A stretch of DNA of 64,000 nucleotides from an uncultured Clostridia bacterium (GCA_934501535.1 CAKSUM010000007.1:47578-111577); one strand, 5' to 3'; counted from the stretch's first letter, positions 10,771 to 22,106 are shown. The notes: generated from the sequence alone by a model not told the origin. Program-made: numbers and translations.

Positions 10771-10800
10771 ATTATATCACCGCAAGGCTCATCTGTCCAA
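10771..10800 (-). promoter_or_regulatory. candidate sigma-A promoter for metY-metA
   Basis: On the minus strand, TTGGAC - 18 nt - TATAAT with an extended -10 (TGATATAAT). It leaves a leader of about 170 nt. Confidence 0.4.
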
Positions 10801-10919
10801 TACGTAATAACTATGTTTTGCTATAGGTTTAAACTATACGTTATTTCGCCCGCAAATGACATTTTTCCGTCGGTTTCGGCGTATATATACACCTTTCACC
10901 GCTGTTTCACGAAAAACAT

Positions 10920-13900
10920 TTATATAGTTGAAATTTTAATTGTCATTTCCTCCAGTACGTCCAGCAGCACACGGACGGTATCGAGCGATGTAAACATCGT
11001 AACATTGTTTTCCACAGCACAGCGACGTATTCTGTACCCGTCGGTTTCTTCGCCGGCAGAATTTAACTCACGCGTATTGATAACGTAATTAACATATCCT
11101 TTTCGTATTGCGGTGAGAATTTCATTATCTTCCTCGGAATTTTTCGTAACCGTATGCGTTTTTATACCGTTTTCCTTTAAAAAGCCCGCAGTACCTGCAG
11201 TAGCCTCAATGTTAAAGCCCAGTTCGTAAAATCTTCTCACAAGCGGCAGCGCCTCTGCCTTATCCGCGTCTGCAACCGCCACAAACACCGTACCGTAATT
11301 CACAACATTCATTCCCGACGCTTTAAGAGATTTATACAGCGCTCTCGTAAGACTGTCATCATATCCGATTGCCTCGCCCGTTGATTTCATTTCCGGTGAG
11401 AGATACGCGTCAAGACCGCGTATTTTTGAGAATGAGAATGCCGGTGTTTTTACATACCAGCGTTTGCTTTCTTCGGGATATAGCATATCATATCCCTGTT
11501 CCGCCAGCGAGTGCCCGAGCATTACAAGCGTGGCAATATCCGCAATCGGATACCCTGTTGCTTTTGACAAAAACGGCACCGTGCGCGACGAACGCGGATT
11601 TACTTCAATTACATACACGTCCTCATTTTTATCTACAATAAACTGTATGTTAAACAGTCCGTTTATCCCAATGCCCAGACCGAGCTTTTTGGTGTACTCA
11701 AGTATCGTATTTTTGACTTTGTCCGAAACGCTGAACGTCGGATAAACGCTTATGCTGTCACCGGAATGTATGCCGGTGCGCTCCACATGCTCCATAATTC
11801 CCGGCACAAAGACGTTCTCTCCGTCACAAACGGCGTCAACTTCAAGCTCTTTTCCTATAATGTATTTGTCAACGAGAACCGGTCTGTCCTCATCGATTTC
11901 AACCGCCGTTTTGAGATACTGGCGCAGTCCCTGTTCATCTGCAACAATCTGCATTGCCCGTCCGCCGAGAACATAGCTCGGACGCACCAAAACGGGATAT
12001 CCGATATTCTCCGCCGCCGCTACTCCATCCTCGATATTTGTTACCGCCTGACCTTTAGGCTGCGGAATTTCAAGCTTTTCCATTATCTTTTCAAAGCTGT
12101 CGCGGTTTTCAGCATTGTCAATTGCCTTGCAGTCGGTTCCTATTATTTTTACTCCGTGTTCCGCAAGCGGGCCCGCAAGATTTATTGCCGTCTGTCCGCC
12201 CAGCGACGCAACTACACCTATCGGCTTTTCAAGCTCGATTATATTCATAACGTCCTCAACCGTAAGCGGCTCAAAGTACAGCTTATCGCTGCAGGTATAA
12301 TCTGTCGACACCGTTTCGGGGTTGTTATTTATAATTATCGCTTCGCAGCCGGACTTTTTAATAGTCTGAACGGCGTGAACGGTAGAATAATCAAATTCTA
12401 CGCCCTGCCCTATTCTTATCGGACCCGAGCCGAGCACTATTATTTTCTTTTTATCGCTTACCTCCGACTCGTTTTCTTCCTCGTATGTTGAGTAAAAATA
12501 CGGTATATAGCTGTCAAATTCAGCCGCACAGGTATCAATCATTTTGTATACCGGGAAGATTTTATTTTCTCTTCGGATATTGTAGATTTCTTCCTCGGGC
12601 ATCTTCCAGAGCTTTCCTATATATTTATCGCAAAAACCCATCTTTTTTGCCTTATACAGTATACCTATATCGCCGATATTTTCCTCAAGCACTTTTTCAA
12701 AATCAACAATATTTTTGATTTTATCAAGGAAGAACATATCAATCTGCGTAATGTTGCATATTGTCGAATGGTCTACGCCGAGCCACATGAGCTGAGCTAT
12801 TGCATAAATTCTGTCATCTGTACCTTCCTTTATATATGCCAGCAAATCGTCTACCGACATTTTATCCTTGTCAAATTTTGACTTATACAGATGACAAATT
12901 CCTATTTCAAGCGAGCGTATCGCTTTTAAAAGGCTTTCTTCCAGCGTTCTGCCCACCGCCATAACTTCACCGGTTGCTTTCATCTGAGTTGACAGCTTAT
13001 TCGAGGCGGAAGTAAATTTATCAAACGGGAACCGCGGCATTTTCGTCACAACATAATCAAGCGCCGGCTCGAATGACGCCGGTGTGTTGGCAATTTGGAT
13101 TTCATCAAGGGTCATGCCCACCGCAATCTTTGCCGACACTCTTGCTATCGGGTATCCGCTCGCCTTTGAGGCAAGTGCCGATGAACGCGAAACACGCGGA
13201 TTTACCTCAATCACATAATAGCTGAACGATTGCGGGTCAAGTGCAAACTGCACATTGCAGCCGCCCTCGATTTTCAGCGCGCGGATAATCTTCAGCGCAC
13301 TGTCGCGGAGCAGCTGATATTCTTTATTGGTCAGGGTCTGGCTCGGGCACACAACAATCGAATCGCCCGTGTGAATACCCACCGGGTCAAGATTTTCCAT
13401 GTTACAAACCGTAATAGCGGTATCGTTTTTATCCCTTATAACCTCGTATTCAATTTCCTTATATCCTTTTATGCTCTTTTCGACAAGCACCTGCGATACC
13501 GGCGAAAGCTGCAGGGCATTTTTCATTATTTCGCAGAGTTCCTCTTCATTATCCGCAAAACCGCCGCCCGTACCTCCGAGCGTGAAGGCAGGACGCAGCA
13601 CTACGGGGTAGCCGATTTCCTCAGCCGCAGTTTTTGCTTCTTCGATAGAATGTGTTATAACGGACGGCAAAACAGGTTCGCCAAGTTCTTCGCAGAGTTT
13701 CTTAAACAGCTCTCTGTCCTCCGCCCTTTCTATACTTTCTGCCGTTGTGCCCAAAAGCTCAACGTTACACTCGTTTAAAACTCCTTTTTTCGCAAGCTGC
13801 ATGGCAAGGTTAAGCCCCGTCTGACCGCCTATTCCCGGCACAATCGCGTCAGGGCGCTCATAGCGCAGAATTTTTGCCACATATTCAAGATTTAACGGCT

Positions 13901-14099
13901 CCATATACACTTTATCCGCAACTGTTTTATCCGTCATTATCGTAGCCGGGTTGGAATTGGCAAGAATTACTTCATAGCCCTCCTCACGCAGAGCAAGACA
14001 TGCCTGTGTTCCGGCATAATCAAATTCCGCTGCCTGACCGATAACGATAGGCCCCGAGCCGATTACCATAACTTTTTTTAAATCCGTTCTCTTAGGCAT
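10920..14099 (-). CDS. carB: carbamoyl-phosphate synthase large subunit
   Basis: 1059 aa. Duplicated ATP-grasp halves and a C-terminal MGS-like domain, with canonical CarB sequence throughout. Confidence 0.95.
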   Translation of the reverse strand: MPKRTDLKKVMVIGSGPIVIGQAAEFDYAGTQACLALREEGYEVILANSNPATIMTDKTVADKVYMEPLNLEYVAKILRYERPDAIVPGIGGQTGLNLAMQLAKKGVLNECNVELLGTTAESIERAEDRELFKKLCEELGEPVLPSVITHSIEEAKTAAEEIGYPVVLRPAFTLGGTGGGFADNEEELCEIMKNALQLSPVSQVLVEKSIKGYKEIEYEVIRDKNDTAITVCNMENLDPVGIHTGDSIVVCPSQTLTNKEYQLLRDSALKIIRALKIEGGCNVQFALDPQSFSYYVIEVNPRVSRSSALASKASGYPIARVSAKIAVGMTLDEIQIANTPASFEPALDYVVTKMPRFPFDKFTSASNKLSTQMKATGEVMAVGRTLEESLLKAIRSLEIGICHLYKSKFDKDKMSVDDLLAYIKEGTDDRIYAIAQLMWLGVDHSTICNITQIDMFFLDKIKNIVDFEKVLEENIGDIGILYKAKKMGFCDKYIGKLWKMPEEEIYNIRRENKIFPVYKMIDTCAAEFDSYIPYFYSTYEEENESEVSDKKKIIVLGSGPIRIGQGVEFDYSTVHAVQTIKKSGCEAIIINNNPETVSTDYTCSDKLYFEPLTVEDVMNIIELEKPIGVVASLGGQTAINLAGPLAEHGVKIIGTDCKAIDNAENRDSFEKIMEKLEIPQPKGQAVTNIEDGVAAAENIGYPVLVRPSYVLGGRAMQIVADEQGLRQYLKTAVEIDEDRPVLVDKYIIGKELEVDAVCDGENVFVPGIMEHVERTGIHSGDSISVYPTFSVSDKVKNTILEYTKKLGLGIGINGLFNIQFIVDKNEDVYVIEVNPRSSRTVPFLSKATGYPIADIATLVMLGHSLAEQGYDMLYPEESKRWYVKTPAFSFSKIRGLDAYLSPEMKSTGEAIGYDDSLTRALYKSLKASGMNVVNYGTVFVAVADADKAEALPLVRRFYELGFNIEATAGTAGFLKENGIKTHTVTKNSEEDNEILTAIRKGYVNYVINTRELNSAGEETDGYRIRRCAVENNVTMFTSLDTVRVLLDVLEEMTIKISTI

Positions 14100-15195
14100 T
14101 GTCTTTCGCCTCCTTCATGATGCTTATGAATTTATCAAACAAGTACGCGCTGTCCTGCGGCCCCGGCGCACTTTCCGGGTGATACTGCACCGAGAATATT
14201 TTATCCGCTTTATTTTCAACTCCCTCAACAGTATTGTCAAGAAGATTCATATGCGTAATTTCAAGAGCCGTTTTGCCTACGGACTCTGCATCAACCGCGT
14301 AGCTGTGATTTTGGCTTGTAATTTCGATTTTGCCGGTGGACATATTCCGCACCGGGTGGTTTCCGCCGCGGTGACCGAACTTCAGCTTAAATGTTTTCGC
14401 GCCGTAAGCAAGCGAAATAATCTGATGACCGAGGCATATTCCGAAGATTGGCAGCTCACCTTTCAGCTGTCTGACTGTTTCTATAACCTCCGGCGCGTCC
14501 TCGGGGTTTCCGGGGCCGTTTGATAAAAATACTCCGTCCGGCTTCATGAACCGGATTTCATCAGCCGTAGTATCGTGCGGCACAACCGTTACGTTGCAGC
14601 CGCGCTTATTAAGACTTCTTATAATATTCAGCTTTATACCGCAGTCGATTGCAACAACATTGTACTTATGATTGGAGGTTCTCGAGTACCACTTCTTTTT
14701 GCAGCTGACGCGCGCTACCGCATCTTTTGCAATGTCCCTTGATTTAAGCACCTCGAGCGCGTCATCAAGACCGGTATCGGCGTCGGTAATCAGAACCTTT
14801 CCGCTGCCCAAATCCCGTATGCTGCGTGTAAGTTTTCGCGTGTCGATACCGTAAATACCCGGAATATTATTTTCTGCCAACAGCTCATCGAGTGTTTTTG
14901 TATAACGAAAATTGCTCGGCATGTCATTGTAATCCCTTACCGCAAGTCCTCCTATTGTCGGTGTTTTGGTTTCAAAATCATCATCTGTAATTCCGTAATT
15001 TCCTATCAGCGGATACGTCATTACTACCATCTGATATGTATATGACGGGTCGGATACAATTTCCTGATAACCGACCATAGAAGTGTTGAATACAAGCTCG
15101 CAAACACGTTCGCTCCGCGACCCGAATCCGTAGCCGTAGTACACATCACCGTTTTCCAAAACCAATTTTCTGTCAAAACGCTTGTCCATAACCAA
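14092..15195 (-). CDS. carA: carbamoyl-phosphate synthase small (glutaminase) subunit
   Basis: 367 aa. Contains the GICLGHQ glutamine amidotransferase nucleophile motif and HPE near the C-terminus. 8-nt overlap with carB. Confidence 0.95.
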   Translation of the reverse strand: MVMDKRFDRKLVLENGDVYYGYGFGSRSERVCELVFNTSMVGYQEIVSDPSYTYQMVVMTYPLIGNYGITDDDFETKTPTIGGLAVRDYNDMPSNFRYTKTLDELLAENNIPGIYGIDTRKLTRSIRDLGSGKVLITDADTGLDDALEVLKSRDIAKDAVARVSCKKKWYSRTSNHKYNVVAIDCGIKLNIIRSLNKRGCNVTVVPHDTTADEIRFMKPDGVFLSNGPGNPEDAPEVIETVRQLKGELPIFGICLGHQIISLAYGAKTFKLKFGHRGGNHPVRNMSTGKIEITSQNHSYAVDAESVGKTALEITHMNLLDNTVEGVENKADKIFSVQYHPESAPGPQDSAYLFDKFISIMKEAKDNA

Positions 15196-15313
15196 TCTCC
15201 TTCCTGCAACTCCCGCGCATCATGAACTGTATATAAATTCACCATATTCAGGTATCATTTATTGCGGTTTTATATGCAAAACGCCCAATACGTCCGCATT
15301 TTTTCTTCATAAT

Positions 15314-15342
15314 ATCTTACCACTTTTTAACGATTTTGTCAA
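15314..15342 (-). promoter_or_regulatory. candidate sigma-A promoter for carAB
   Basis: On the minus strand, TTGACA - 17 nt - TAAGAT, about 110 nt upstream of carA. Confidence 0.45.
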
Positions 15343-15444
15343 GGCTTTATTTATATAAATATACTTTTTTCTGTATTTTTATGCAAAGCATAAATAAAGA
15401 AAAACGGTATATACTATTATAAACTGAAAAAGGAGTGACCGACA

Positions 15445-15978
15445 TTGAATTACAGTGGAACAAAAACCGAAAAAAATCTGATGGCGGCGTTTGCCGGAGA
15501 GTCGCAGGCGCGCAACAAATACACCTTTTTTGCGTCAAAAGCACGCAAGGAAGGATTTGAACAAATTGCCGATATTTTTGAAGAAACGGCAAGCAACGAA
15601 AAAGCACATGCAAAGCTTTGGTTTGAGGAGCTCGGCGGTATATCCGACACGCTGAAAAATCTTCAGGCCGCAGCCGACGGCGAAAACTACGAATGGACGC
15701 AAATGTATGACGATTTTGCACAAGATGCGGAAGCTGAAGGCTTTACCGCGCTTGCGGAACGTTTTCGGGAAGTCGGCAAGATAGAAAAGGAGCATGAAGA
15801 ACGTTACAAGCGGTTAATAAACAACGTTGAAATGAAAAAAGTGTTTGAAAAGACAGGTGAAAGCATGTGGATATGCCGTAACTGCGGTCATGTTACCGTC
15901 GGCAAAACCGCGCCGCTCGTCTGTCCGGTATGCAGCCACCCGCAAGCGTTCTTTGAACTCAAAGCGAATAATTATTGA
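15445..15978 (+). CDS. rbr: rubrerythrin
   Basis: 177 aa. TTG start with AAGGAG upstream. An N-terminal ferritin-like diiron domain ([22 protein letters not shown]) and a C-terminal rubredoxin CxxC...CxxC (CRNCGH, CPVCSH). Confidence 0.9.
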   Translation: MNYSGTKTEKNLMAAFAGESQARNKYTFFASKARKEGFEQIADIFEETASNEKAHAKLWFEELGGISDTLKNLQAAADGENYEWTQMYDDFAQDAEAEGFTALAERFREVGKIEKEHEERYKRLINNVEMKKVFEKTGESMWICRNCGHVTVGKTAPLVCPVCSHPQAFFELKANNY

Positions 15979-15982
15979 TATA

Positions 15983-16047
15983 AAAAATTGCAGACTCAAT
16001 TTCCTGCCGGCTTAATCGGCACGCACAAGAGTGAGTCTGCAATTTTT
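15983..16047. terminator. long-stem bidirectional hairpin between convergent genes
   Basis: AAAAATTGCAGACTCA / TGAGTCTGCAATTTTT 16-bp perfect arms around an inner GCCG/CGGC stem. Confidence 0.55.
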
Positions 16048-16057
16048 ATTTTCTCTC

Positions 16058-16744
16058 TCAGTGAAGAATTTGTCCGTCTGTGGATATCGTCACAACCTGC
16101 CACGGAATGAACTTTCCGCTCGCCAGCAAGGCATTCTTTGCAGCATTTTCAATTCCTCCGCAGCACGGCACCTCCATACGGCAAACCGTGAGACTTTTTA
16201 TATTATTATTTCTGATAATCTCGGTTAATTTTTCCGTGTAATCCCCTTCATCGAGCTTGGGACAGCCTATAAGCGTGATTTTTCCGCGCATAAATTCATC
16301 ATGAAAGCTGCCGTATGCATAAGCCGTACAGTCCGCTGCCACAAGCAAATCAGCCCCGTCAAAATACGGTGCGTTTACCGGAACAAGCTTAATCTGCACC
16401 GGCCACTGCGAAAGCATACTCTCGGATTTTTCCATTTTTACCGAGCCCCCTGCACGGTCAAACGATTTTACGTTAGTCCCGGCGCAGCCGCAAGGCATCG
16501 GCTTGTTTTCCTGCTGTTTCGCCGCAACCGCGGCTTCGTCAAACGCTGCCGCCTCGCGTTCCTCAAAGCTTATTGCCCCCGTCGGGCAAACCGGCAGACA
16601 ATTCCCCAGTCCGTCGCAGTAATCGTCACGCAAGAGCTTCGCCTTGCCGTCCGTAATCCCTATCGCGCCCTCATGGCACGCCTTTGCACAAAGACCGCAG
16701 CCGTTGCATTTATCTTCATCTATTTTTATAATTTGTCTTATCAT
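16058..16744 (-). CDS. 4Fe-4S dicluster domain protein with an uncharacterised Cys-containing C-terminal domain
   Basis: 228 aa. Contains CNGCGLCAKACHEG and CDGLGNCLPVCPTG ferredoxin motifs. Confidence 0.7.
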   Translation of the reverse strand: MIRQIIKIDEDKCNGCGLCAKACHEGAIGITDGKAKLLRDDYCDGLGNCLPVCPTGAISFEEREAAAFDEAAVAAKQQENKPMPCGCAGTNVKSFDRAGGSVKMEKSESMLSQWPVQIKLVPVNAPYFDGADLLVAADCTAYAYGSFHDEFMRGKITLIGCPKLDEGDYTEKLTEIIRNNNIKSLTVCRMEVPCCGGIENAAKNALLASGKFIPWQVVTISTDGQILH

Positions 16745-16867
16745 TTTTTACTCCCTTCTCACCATACCTCAAAACTACAAAATGATTGTATCATGACCGG
16801 AGAGTAATTTCAACAGGAATTTTCAGAAAAATTTTTAAAATAATTCCTGTTATAGTATCGCTTTCCG

Positions 16868-18304
16868 TCATTTCCTCCATGCATGAGGCGAAAACAGCAC
16901 CAGTATCGGGAAAATCTCCAGTCTGCCGATGAGCATATCAAGCGTCATTACCGCTTTAGGTAGCAAAGAAAAGCTCCCGAAATTACATGTCGGCCCGACT
17001 CCGCCGAATCCCGGTCCGACATTGCTTAAGGTAGTCGCCACCGCCGTGAAATTCGTTACGAAATCACGTTCGTCAATTGAAACTACCAGCAGTGAAACCA
17101 CAAATATAAGAGCATATGCTGCCATATACACATTAATTGCACGGAGGACGTCGTGATCAACGGTGCGTCCGTTCATTGTTATTTTGTAGGTACGTTTCGG
17201 GTGCGAAACCGTTTTTACTTCCTTAAATATGCTTTTTGCCCATATAACTACACGTGAAATCTTTATTCCTCCCGCGGTACTTCCGGCGCATGCGCCCATA
17301 AACATCAGCACAATGAGCACCGTTTTGGAAAGCTCCGGCCATTTATCAAAATCAGCAGTCGAATATCCCGTGGTTGTTGTAATGGACGCAACCTGAAATG
17401 CCGCATGCCGCAGCGTTGTTGCAAGACTGTCAAACAGTCCGCGGCAGTTCAGCGTTATTACAGCTGTCGCCGCAATAAGGATTCCTATATAAGCACGTAG
17501 CTCGTCCGAGCGCGCAACATCGCGTATGTTGCCCAAAAGCAGCATATAATACAGCGAAAAATCCACACCGAACAAAATCATAAATACCGTAATTACATTT
17601 TGTACATACGGCGTATATTCAGCAAGTCCGCTGTTTTTTATGGCAAATCCGCCCGTACCGGCAGTGCCGAATGTGAGCGTAAGCGCAGAAAAGAAATCCA
17701 GTCCTCCGGCGCACAGAAAAATTACCTGAACCGCAGTCAGCACAAAATACATTCTGTACAATATATTTGCAGTTGTTTTTACTTTTGGTACCAGCTTGCT
17801 GACAGACGGCCCCGGGCTTTCCGCCTTAATCAGAAACAGATTATCGCCTCCTGCAAGCGGCAGCACCGCAACAAGAAATACCAGCACGCCCATACCGCCT
17901 ATCCAGTGTGTAAAACTGCGCCAGAAAAGCAGGCACTTCGGCAGTGCCTCCACATCGGACAGTATTGACGCACCAGTTGTTGTAAAGCCCGAAACGGTTT
18001 CAAACAGCGCGTCGGCAAAATTCGGAATAAAGCCGGAAATAAAGAACGGCAGCGCTCCGAAAAAACTCATTACAATCCAGGCAAACGCTACGGTAACAAA
18101 TCCTTCCTTTGAATACATTCTTTTATTTTTCGGCGAACGTATTGTAAGCGAAACGCCCAAAACGGCACAAATGGCTATACAAACGGCAAACAGCGGAATA
18201 TACGGTTCACCGGTAACCGCCGCGCAGATGAGCGGCAGCGTTAACGCAAGGGCCTCCAGATTAAGCACCCAGCCCAAAGTGTGCAGTATTATTCTGTAAT
18301 TCAT
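16868..18304 (-). CDS. trkH: Trk/Ktr-type potassium uptake membrane subunit
   Basis: 478 aa polytopic protein with repeated selectivity-filter-like TTTG/TAGTGG/TTGYS/NVGPG segments. Confidence 0.85.
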   Translation of the reverse strand: MNYRIILHTLGWVLNLEALALTLPLICAAVTGEPYIPLFAVCIAICAVLGVSLTIRSPKNKRMYSKEGFVTVAFAWIVMSFFGALPFFISGFIPNFADALFETVSGFTTTGASILSDVEALPKCLLFWRSFTHWIGGMGVLVFLVAVLPLAGGDNLFLIKAESPGPSVSKLVPKVKTTANILYRMYFVLTAVQVIFLCAGGLDFFSALTLTFGTAGTGGFAIKNSGLAEYTPYVQNVITVFMILFGVDFSLYYMLLLGNIRDVARSDELRAYIGILIAATAVITLNCRGLFDSLATTLRHAAFQVASITTTTGYSTADFDKWPELSKTVLIVLMFMGACAGSTAGGIKISRVVIWAKSIFKEVKTVSHPKRTYKITMNGRTVDHDVLRAINVYMAAYALIFVVSLLVVSIDERDFVTNFTAVATTLSNVGPGFGGVGPTCNFGSFSLLPKAVMTLDMLIGRLEIFPILVLFSPHAWRK

Positions 18305-18317
18305 GATTTTACTTCCT

Positions 18318-19676
18318 CTATGCTAAAATATCCTTAATATCCTTAAATCCTATATGCGTTGTCACAACAATTACCGTATCCTCCGGCATAATGACATCTT
18401 TTCCTCGCGGCATGATGACCTTTCCGCGGCGGATTATGCAGGTTATCAAAGTGTTATCCCTGAGATTAAGCTCCTCAAGCGTAATGCCGGTTACCGGCGA
18501 AGCCTCATTAACGCGAAATTCTATTGCTTCCGCCTTTCCGTCGAGTATCATGTGCATGGTTTCGATATTGCTGCCTATGGAGTTCTTCTTTGCACGCACA
18601 AACCTCACGATATACTCAGCCGTTATGTTTTTGGGATATACGGTTGTATCCAAATCCAGTCCGCTTATGACGTCATCATATGCAATTCTGTTGATTTTTG
18701 TTATAAGTTTACCTTTCATTTTGCTTTTTGCAAACAGTGACAGCAGTATATTTTCCTCATCAATGTTTGTGAGCGAAACAAACGAATCCGCATATTCAAG
18801 TCCTTCTTCAAGCAATACGCGGTTATCGGTGCCGTCTGCGTTTATAATCGACGCTTTCGGCAAAAGACCGCAAAGCTCCTCGCAGCGTTCGGGATTTTGC
18901 TCGATAATTTTCACTTTAATTCCCGTAGCAATAAGCTGTTTCGCAAGATAATATGCCGTCGCACCGCCGCCGACAATCATTGTGTCCTTTACGCGGTTCG
19001 TCTTAATACCTATCTGCCGGAAAAACTGCGCGCCGTTGCTGATTGACGCAATTATGCTTATATCATCGCCGCTTTTCAGCTCAAAATCACCGCCCGGAAT
19101 AAATGCGCCTTCCTCCCTCTCTACGCCGCAGACGAGAATATCGCAGTCAAATTTCTTATGTATATCCTTGATATACATACCGTCAAGCGGAGAATTTTGA
19201 GGAATTCGGAATTTTAAAATTTCCGCTCTTCCCTTGGCAAATGTGTCAATCTGAATTGCCGACGGAAAACGCAGCACCCGTGCCATTTCCGTCGCAGCGG
19301 TAAATTCCGGATTTATAATCAGAGCCAGACCCAAATCCTCCTTAAAAAGATGCAGCTCTTTCGCATAATCGGGTTTACGCACACGCGCAACCGTCTGACA
19401 GCCGCCCGCTTTTTTTGCTATAAGGCAGGTCAGCAAATTCACTTCGTCCGAGCCTGTAACCGCAATCAGTATGTCTGCGTCTTTCACACCCGCCTCCGTC
19501 AGCGTATCAAGGCTTGAACAGCTTCCGCATACACCCATGATATCATACTGATTTATCAAATCCTGGACTACATTTCTCCGTAAATCAATGACGGTGATGT
19601 CATTTTCCTTTTCCTGGCTGAGCTTTTCGGCAAGCTTTTGACCTACCTTGCCGCAGCCTACAATTATAATATTCAT
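18318..19676 (-). CDS. trkA: Trk system NAD-binding peripheral subunit (two RCK modules)
   Basis: I trimmed the ORF 18318..19766 to the ATG at 19676 (MNIIIVGCGKVGQKL) with GAAGGAAAGG upstream. A second Rossmann motif, MIVGGGATAYYLAK, is present. Confidence 0.85.
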   Translation of the reverse strand: MNIIIVGCGKVGQKLAEKLSQEKENDITVIDLRRNVVQDLINQYDIMGVCGSCSSLDTLTEAGVKDADILIAVTGSDEVNLLTCLIAKKAGGCQTVARVRKPDYAKELHLFKEDLGLALIINPEFTAATEMARVLRFPSAIQIDTFAKGRAEILKFRIPQNSPLDGMYIKDIHKKFDCDILVCGVEREEGAFIPGGDFELKSGDDISIIASISNGAQFFRQIGIKTNRVKDTMIVGGGATAYYLAKQLIATGIKVKIIEQNPERCEELCGLLPKASIINADGTDNRVLLEEGLEYADSFVSLTNIDEENILLSLFAKSKMKGKLITKINRIAYDDVISGLDLDTTVYPKNITAEYIVRFVRAKKNSIGSNIETMHMILDGKAEAIEFRVNEASPVTGITLEELNLRDNTLITCIIRRGKVIMPRGKDVIMPEDTVIVVTTHIGFKDIKDILA

Positions 19677-19698
19677 ATACCTTTCCTTCTTTCCGCTG

Positions 19699-21417
19699 TT
19701 ATTCGTCAGCTCTGAACTGCGCACGGTACAGTGCGGCATACTCTCCGTTTTCTTCCAAAAGCGCATCGTGCGTCCCTATCTCTTTTATACGTCCGTCCGA
19801 CACCACTGCAATTTCGTCGACATTCTTTATTGTAGAAAGCCTGTGCGCTACAACGATTGTTGTCCGTCCCCGGCACAGCTCGTCAAGTGCCGCCTGTATC
19901 AGTATTTCGGTGGCATTATCAAGCGCGCTTGTTGCTTCGTCTAAAATAAGTATCGGCGGATTTTTCAAAAATATCCGCGCAATCGAAAGCCGCTGTCTTT
20001 GTCCTCCCGACAGCCGCACTCCGCGTTCGCCTATCTGCGTATCGTATCCGTCCGGCAGCGATATGATATAATCATGAATGTTTGCCCTTTTCGCAGCCTC
20101 CATTACTTCGTCATCGGTCGCATCTGGTCTGCCGTACAGTATATTTTCTTTAACCGTCGAATTAAACAGGTATATATCCTGCTGGACAATACCTATATTT
20201 TTGCGGAGCGAGTCAAGCGTGATATTATGAATTTCCCTGCCGTCAATGTATATTCCGCCGTCGGTTACGTCATAGAAATGCGGTATGAGATGGCATATCG
20301 TAGTTTTTCCTCCGCCCGATTCACCGACAAGCGCAAGCTTGCGTCCCGCCGGAATATCAAGATTGATGTCATGAAGAACCTCATCACTGCCGGCATATGC
20401 ATAAGAAACATTTTTAAATTCGATATGACCTTGCGCACGTCCGACAGCAACTGCATTTTCACTGTCTTTTTCCGGCTCCTGATCCATGACTTCAAGAAAA
20501 CGTTCAAATCCGCTTACGCCGTCCTGAAACTGCTCCATAAAGTTAATAAGCGTTGTTACCGGCGTCAGAAACAGGTTTACGGAAACAATAAACGCCGAAT
20601 AATCACCGAAATTAATTTTCCCGGCATACAGGAAAATTCCGCCTGCAATCAGTACAATTACATTAAATATATCGGTTATGAAAGATGTGGTCGAATGAAA
20701 AAGCCCCATTGCCTTATATGCGTCACGTCTTGCAGCCACAAATCTGCGGTTGCCTTCCTCAAACTTTTCCTTTTCCTTCTCGGCGTTTGTAAACGCCTTT
20801 GTTACGCGTATTCCGGAAATACTGCCCTCAATGGCTGCGTTTATCTGAGCAATAGCCTTTCTTGTATCACGGAAAGCGCGCCGCATTTTCATGCGCATTA
20901 CTGACGCAATCCACACCAAAAACGGTACGCAGATAAATATAATCAGCGTCAGCGGCAGATTTATTGTCGCAAGATATATAAATGACGTCAAAACGGTTAT
21001 TGTGGAAATTATCAGATTTTCAGGACCGTGATGCGCAAGCTCGCTGACGTCCATCAGGTCTGTGGTAAGGCGCGACATAAGCTTTCCGGTTTCATGCTTA
21101 TCATAAAAGCTGTACGAAAGCCGTTCCAGCTGCGCAAACATATCGCTGCGCATCTGCGCCTGCATTTTAACGCCCATCATGTGTCCGCGGTACTGTATAT
21201 AATATCGCAACAGCATACGCACAATATACAAAAGCGCAAGAAGAATACCGGCATAAATTATCAGCCGGTACCTTCTCTCGGGTATCAGCTTATTTAGCAT
21301 ACTTCTCGTGACTATCGGATAAACAACGCCTATTACCGACACAAAAAAAGACGCAAGCATATCGCATAAAAAGACCCGCCGGTGGGGTCTGTAATATTTC
21401 AAAAATCTTCTCAGCAT
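19699..21417 (-). CDS. ABC transporter, fused permease/ATPase (type I exporter)
   Basis: 572 aa. N-terminal 6-TM domain, Walker A GESGGGKTT, signature LSGGQRQR and Walker B ILILDEATSALD. Confidence 0.85.
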   Translation of the reverse strand: MLRRFLKYYRPHRRVFLCDMLASFFVSVIGVVYPIVTRSMLNKLIPERRYRLIIYAGILLALLYIVRMLLRYYIQYRGHMMGVKMQAQMRSDMFAQLERLSYSFYDKHETGKLMSRLTTDLMDVSELAHHGPENLIISTITVLTSFIYLATINLPLTLIIFICVPFLVWIASVMRMKMRRAFRDTRKAIAQINAAIEGSISGIRVTKAFTNAEKEKEKFEEGNRRFVAARRDAYKAMGLFHSTTSFITDIFNVIVLIAGGIFLYAGKINFGDYSAFIVSVNLFLTPVTTLINFMEQFQDGVSGFERFLEVMDQEPEKDSENAVAVGRAQGHIEFKNVSYAYAGSDEVLHDINLDIPAGRKLALVGESGGGKTTICHLIPHFYDVTDGGIYIDGREIHNITLDSLRKNIGIVQQDIYLFNSTVKENILYGRPDATDDEVMEAAKRANIHDYIISLPDGYDTQIGERGVRLSGGQRQRLSIARIFLKNPPILILDEATSALDNATEILIQAALDELCRGRTTIVVAHRLSTIKNVDEIAVVSDGRIKEIGTHDALLEENGEYAALYRAQFRADE

Positions 21418-21591
21418 TTTTTTAATCCTTATCCATATAAACTTACTATATGTATTTTACCACATTCTGTAAAAAAATCAAGCATTTTTTTGCAGAAATT
21501 CCGACCATAAAAGTGTTTTTTCGACCAAAGCCGTATATAATGCTCGCTTAGCGGTATAAAACCTGCCTTTTCGGGTCAGCTGCCGTCTCGT

Positions 21592-22106
21592 TTATCGGTA
21601 CTCGGACGGCTTATATCCCATTATTTTTCTGAATTGAAACGAAAAATGATGGGCGTCGGAAAAATTCAGTCTGTTCGCTATTTCCGCAATCGAGTAATCG
21701 GTAGTATCCGGCTCAGTATGTCAAAAGTATCGGTATTTTTGAAAACTACGGCATCATTCAATTTATAAACGTCAATCAGTTTTTGCGCAAGCACGCCTTT
21801 AAAGTTAAGCCATATTCTTTCAAACCGGTTATCGGGGTTTGAGTAATATATCTGATCGCTGCCCTCCGGCAGAAGAAACGTATCTCCGCCGCGTACCGTG
21901 TACATTCTGTCATTGCTTATAATTACGCCTGCTCCCGATATTACATATTGCACGCATGCTATGTTTGAATTAAGGCGCAGCTGATAGCATGGCGTATCCC
22001 GAAATGTTTTTCCGCATTCGGTGACGTAAAAAGGATATTCGTCATCTGTTTTCGGAGCAAAATATTTTTCCGCATTAACGGGCGTTTCCAACTCTGTGAT
22101 ATTCAT
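21592..22106 (-). pseudogene. decayed AraC-family regulator (cupin domain ORF plus out-of-frame HTH remnant)
   Basis: The 142 aa ORF 21678..22106 is only the cupin half. Immediately downstream, in another frame (about 21693 down to the TAA at 21592-21594), I read DYSIAEIANRLNFSDAHHFSFQFRKIMGYKPSEYR, the last AraC HTH helix pair. The first HTH and the linker are missing. Confidence 0.6.

Noticed and set aside
10597-10800. SAM-I (S-box) riboswitch or Met T-box upstream of metY.
   Set aside because: I expected one and searched for the conserved S-box core and the T-box sequence, but found neither by eye. I kept only an unassigned-leader finding. A covariance-model scan would settle it.
15347-15721. 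124 aa minus-strand ORF spanning the carA-rbr intergenic region and the rbr 5' end.
   Set aside because: It overlaps the well-supported rubrerythrin gene antisense. It has no RBS or motifs and runs through promoter DNA.
19999-20904. 301 aa plus-strand ORF antisense to the ABC exporter. Similar long antisense ORFs are at 4438..5271, 6761..7495, 11766..12491, 44294..45010, 44535..45167 and 62677..63330.
   Set aside because: Each lies fully inside a confidently identified gene on the other strand. Their translations are low-complexity or Cys/Arg/Phe-rich with no motifs and no RBS. They are typical shadow ORFs.
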